From Sporopachydermia quercuum (Eukaryota): a stretch of DNA of 64,000 nucleotides. A program made the translations under genes and the position numbers. How positions within the stretch are numbered: the first letter of the stretch is position 1; every line of letters begins with the position of its first letter. The notes under the pieces are model-generated. The model was not told where the DNA came from and made no database searches. It saw only the letters and a list, made by a program, of their open reading frames with translations. The DNA lies in contig BCGN01000004.1 in the NCBI GenBank assembly GCA_001599295.1, positions 1,241,676 through 1,305,675 on the forward strand, read 5' to 3'. Shown here in pieces: positions 59,912 through 64,000 of this stretch.

Positions 59912-60138
59912 TGTTACTGTCTGGTCATATATCATTCAGTAAAATAAAATGAAGTTTAAGAAAAATTGAAGAATTGTATCAGAATTCTTACTCTTTTTCC
60001 TTCTTCTCATTCTTCTCTTTCTAATTAATAAGAAGAAGAAGGAGAAGAAGGAAAAAGAGTAAGAATTCTGATACAATTCTTCAATTTTTCTTAAAATTCA
60101 TTTTATTTTACTGAATGATGTATGATCAGACAGTNACA
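59912..60138. repeat. ~227-bp palindromic (foldback) element between divergent tRNA genes, copy 2 (complete)
   Basis: Arms 59912-60008 and 60042-60138 are reverse complements with 3 mismatches and 1 N over 97 bp; pairing continues toward an AT centre; TGT...ACA termini. Confidence 0.92.
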
Positions 60139-60158
60139 AATAGTAACAAATAGTTAAT

Positions 60159-60231
60159 GCCTTGATGGCCAAGTTGGTAAGGCGTAACACTAGTAATGTT
60201 AAGATCGTCGGTTCGACTCCGGCTCGAGGCA
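60159..60231 (+). tRNA. tRNA-Thr(AGT)
   Basis: GCCTTGA/TCGAGGC acceptor stem, TAACA-CT-AGT-AA-TGTTA anticodon arm, GTTCGACTC T-loop. Confidence 0.96.
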
Positions 60232-61089
60232 ATTTGTTTCCCCNCTTTTTTACTACTATTTATTTTTCTCGATCTGAATAGATGGTTGATGTTTGACCCT
60301 CAATCATTATTTGAGAATCGCCTGTCCTTATCTAGGCTATTCAATATTATTGTCGTATCGCCCCTCTGCTGCTACTTATGTTTCTTCTGGTGAGTGCAGA
60401 AGGTTATCTATTACCTGATACTTGAGGTATGGTCTCTTATCTCACGTGGTTTACTTACCTATCATTTGTCGTCAACGGTGATAAAGAAGTAGTTGGCGAA
60501 CAGAGCAAAAATAACAATATTATAACACAGTAATTTTTTAATTCTAGCAACTTTACAGATTTAATCAATAATACTTGGCCATTCATCTTTTTATACATAC
60601 TTTTGAGCTCATATTTATTGCTCAACCACGGTCTTCTTCTTTCCCAACTGTCATTCTGCTGGGTAAGCATTACTTGATGACGTACTCAGTTATAATAACT
60701 TAAACTTCAGTACAAAAAGGGAATCTTGTGAAGCAACAACTTATCAGTTTCATTGTGAGGTAAGCCTGTCTTTTCATACCTGTAAACAATTAGGAGGCAA
60801 TTGATTGGTATTGAACCATTGAACGTTTACAATATATATGTGCACCATTAAGTTGAGCATGAGAACAAGAAAGTGCTTCGCTCTATTTAACGGTATTTGT
60901 TAACGAAGCTTTGCATACNTACAAGTCNTAAGGGTACACCCTGATTTCTTATAATCTATATTCTCACTCAGAGGTTACTGATTCTTTGACAAGATAAGAG
61001 CGATATCCGTTCAAAAGTAATACAAAATATAGAAACAAATCATCTACTGTTTGGCAATTATTTTGATACAAGAAAAGAGCAAAAATAAG

Positions 61090-61680
61090 ATGAAACTTGG
61101 AAGCATCATAATTGGCACCTTAGCGTTGTCTGGTGCAACAATAGGATTCCCCGGGGTAGATACTGAAGTTCAAGCCATTCATCAGGTACAAAATTTCATT
61201 GGAGGTATCGTCAGTTCAATCAATAATGCGTTTAAACCTTCAACTTCAACTTTTGTATCGATTTCTGATACTCCAATCCCTGGTGGATCTCCAGTTGCAC
61301 TGTGTGACGAATCAGCAGCTCAATTAATTGATATTGAATCTGTGATGATCAAACCAAATCCTCCTGAAAGGGGTCAAAATTTAACAATTGCTGCTTCGGG
61401 GCTGCTGAAGAAAACTATCGTAAAAGGTGCTTATGTTGATGTCCATGTCAGTTTTGGTCTAATTAAACTTTTGACTCAAACATTTGATCTCTGTGAAGAA
61501 GTTGAAAACATTGATATGAAGTGTCCTATTGAGAAAGGTTATATGACTTTACTCAAACAAGTTCAATTACCAGAAGAAATCCCGCCAGGAAAGTATACTG
61601 TGGTGGCTCAAGCCTACACTGTTGATGATGAGCTTTTAACTTGTATTTCGGCTACAGTTGAATTTCCTGTGCCTAATTGA
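61090..61680 (+). CDS. NPC2: ML-domain lipid-transfer protein (PG/PI-TP, Npc2)
   Basis: Signal peptide from the ATG at 61090; PNPPERGQNLTI, GAYVDV, QTFDLCE and EIPPGKY motifs with conserved Cys. Confidence 0.92.
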   Translation: MKLGSIIIGTLALSGATIGFPGVDTEVQAIHQVQNFIGGIVSSINNAFKPSTSTFVSISDTPIPGGSPVALCDESAAQLIDIESVMIKPNPPERGQNLTIAASGLLKKTIVKGAYVDVHVSFGLIKLLTQTFDLCEEVENIDMKCPIEKGYMTLLKQVQLPEEIPPGKYTVVAQAYTVDDELLTCISATVEFPVPN

Positions 61681-62025
61681 AAACAAACAAAAGGAGGCAG
61701 TTATTTTATCATATTCTCTCAACTTTTTTTCTCCAATGAATTAACCTTACTTGAAAGCAAATTTTTGCATTACTATATGATAGTTACTTAATAAACGAAT
61801 ATAAATAATTCATTCAGTATTAAAATGTACTCAAGTAGTAATACAAGAATACACGCTGGTTCAAAATAATAATTGAGCCTTTTAATTATATACAGCACAT
61901 TAATTTCTTACAATCCAATTCCATTCGACCATTACCATCACCATCACAATTACCATCACTATTATCTGATTACCCTTTTTACGGAAAAGCAGCCAGTCAT
62001 AAGAGCCAATCCTTCATTGAACTAA

Positions 62026-63435
62026 TTAGGTTACAAGAGGGGTGCCGCTGGTTTGACTTTCAGTAGAAGGTCTTGCCTCTGAACCAAATGCAGTAGATGT
62101 TCCATACCTTGTTGTTGTTGAACTCTTTTTACGTCTAGCAAGCTGTGTAAGGTATTTCAGGGCTTCTTCATTCCTTTTCTCCCTCTTTGCTATTCTCTTC
62201 TGTTGTAATGCCAAAGGGACGAAAGGTAACCTGTTGTATTTCTCTTCATACCATAAATTGTAAATAACAGCTATCACAACATACCAGTAGATATTATAAG
62301 AAATAACAGAACCATAGGTTGCAGAATTTTGCCATCCAAGGATGGCATTGAAAATCATCCAACCTCCATCTATTTCACCATTACAACAGTTTACATGCCA
62401 TACACTTTTCGATATGTCGTAACTACCAGGCCCAGATCCAACCTCTGACAAATCTTGTCCAACTGCANTGATGTACTGCTGTAATTCAAAAAACCAGACT
62501 CCTTTAGAGAATAAACCTGCAGCAACAAGATATAAGAAACAAGTAGATATAATCAAAAACGTCTTTAGAGAAAGATTGTTTCCTCCTTTGTACATCAAAA
62601 AGCCAACACCAGCACCGACAGATAAGCCAGCAAGAATAGCTAACGGGAATGCAGATACAGGTTGGTTGACACCAATACCTCCAATAAATACTACGGCTTC
62701 TAGTCCTTCTCTCAAAGTAGTGACAAAAGGAAGTAAAGCCATAGCATACTTTTCAGTAAACAATTTGACATAGTGTTTCCATTTCTTTTTTCGTCTTGTT
62801 GCAACAGACGCAACAGTTCCAACTCTTGTAAACCCTCCTCTATGGAAATCTTCATTGGCAAATAATGACTTTGCCAGTTTCACTTTCCATTTATTTTGAA
62901 GCTTATTAACTCTCAATAGAGCCAATCCCATAACCGATATAACTAAAGATGAGACAATAGAGAAAACTGCTTCCCAATACCTTTCTGTTGCTGCATATAA
63001 ATCAGTATGAATAGTATAAAAGACGAAGATGAAAAACCCACCGACTATCATACAGATAAATAATCCTCCAAATGCTCCGACCCAAATTTGATTTCTCAGA
63101 GTTTTATAAATATTAGCTGAAGTAATAGCAATTCTTTCACTATCTGAATCTACCTCATTACTCTGCTCAATAACATCTGATAAGGGAACATTTGTAGAAC
63201 TAATTCTCCGTAATTCATTATCGTCATCAGCATCAGCATCAGCATCACCTGACAGCAATGCTTGATTGCTCGTATCATTGTTTGCTTGTTGATCTTCACG
63301 GGCCTTTTTCAGACTCTCTGGGCTCAACTCTTGCTTCAGATATGATAACAATACTGATATGATGATTGCTGATTCTAAGGTTTCTCTTAGAATGATGAAG
63401 AAAATTTCTACTGAGAAATAGTCTTCTGCAACCAT
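62026..63435 (-). CDS. FTH1: FTR1-family iron permease, vacuolar Fth1 type
   Basis: RETLE and REGLE iron-binding motifs, GSGPGSYDI..SVWHVNCCN, long loop after TM1 as in Fth1. Confidence 0.85.
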   Translation of the reverse strand: MVAEDYFSVEIFFIILRETLESAIIISVLLSYLKQELSPESLKKAREDQQANNDTSNQALLSGDADADADDDNELRRISSTNVPLSDVIEQSNEVDSDSERIAITSANIYKTLRNQIWVGAFGGLFICMIVGGFFIFVFYTIHTDLYAATERYWEAVFSIVSSLVISVMGLALLRVNKLQNKWKVKLAKSLFANEDFHRGGFTRVGTVASVATRRKKKWKHYVKLFTEKYAMALLPFVTTLREGLEAVVFIGGIGVNQPVSAFPLAILAGLSVGAGVGFLMYKGGNNLSLKTFLIISTCFLYLVAAGLFSKGVWFFELQQYIXAVGQDLSEVGSGPGSYDISKSVWHVNCCNGEIDGGWMIFNAILGWQNSATYGSVISYNIYWYVVIAVIYNLWYEEKYNRLPFVPLALQQKRIAKREKRNEEALKYLTQLARRKKSSTTTRYGTSTAFGSEARPSTESQTSGTPLVT

Positions 63436-64000
63436 TTTGTCCAACCTTCGTTCCTCTCAAAAAAACAGCAAACTGCGATTAACACCAACTTACTGATTTT
63501 CACAAGCAAGGTGTCACCCCAATTCTTACTTTCTTCAATTTCAAACCCAAATGCTCTGCCTCGTTGTAATAATATCTTATCTTTATTGAAGAAGCTATCA
63601 AAATAGTGCGATCAATTTGTTAAATGGGTGCTGTATGGTTCTGATAGAGATTCAGATTACTTGTTCATCAAATGGTCGTTCGATGGTATACCAATGCTAT
63701 GCTTCATGAAATATAGAAAAATACTCGAAATAGGCAGGTNTTAATGGTAAATCAAGTAAATCAGCGAATAAGAGGCAAACTAATCATCTATCAAACGAAA
63801 TGTTTCGGCATTTATATCCTTCGTGAGCCACGATTATGAATTAGAAGAAAGTGTCCCAGAACCCCTTTTCATTCTCATTTATTTTTTCTTTTCACCTTGC
63901 CTTGAATGCTCATGGTATAATAGTAAATAAGGTTCAACCATAAATGAGAAAAATGCATAAACGTTAAAGCTAAAACTAATTAGACTGAAGAGATGAAGTG

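Noticed and set aside
60455..60670. 71-aa minus-strand ORF ending at a GTAAGT
   Set aside because: No recognisable domain and no convincing spliced continuation

Overview
This is a 64-kb window of an AT-rich budding-yeast (Saccharomycotina) nuclear chromosome. Evidence: GTATGT/GTAAGT donors with (T)ACTAAC-like branch points, CTG at conserved Leu positions of Ste24 and TilS (standard code), and scattered single Ns that are probably heterozygous sites. It holds 23 protein genes and four tRNA genes (Ile-AAT, His-GTG, Val-AAC, Thr-AGT). The protein genes are ATP3, GCV1, a GH81 endoglucanase (DSE4/ENG1-like), a Tip1/Pau-like GPI protein, REC114, MUP3-like, YBT1/VMR1-like, ECM27, ADO1, TDA4-like, STE24, two tandem paralogous bZIP-like regulators, SPT7, ECM14, a secreted I9 protease inhibitor, GIM3, TilS, AAR2, ILS1, an NDUFAF8-like twin-CX9C protein, ATG8, NPC2 and FTH1. 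Several of these are spliced and are fragmented or absent in the ORF track, so they were rebuilt here by hand. The most striking unexplained structure is a ~227-bp near-perfect palindrome (TGT...ACA ends) between two divergent tRNA genes at 59.9-60.1 kb. A second ~97%-identical copy at the window start ends 9 bp upstream of an unrelated tRNA-Ile gene. It may be a Pol III start-site-targeted foldback element or a mobile bidirectional tRNA-promoter module. All gene identities come from recognising motifs by eye; no database search was run.
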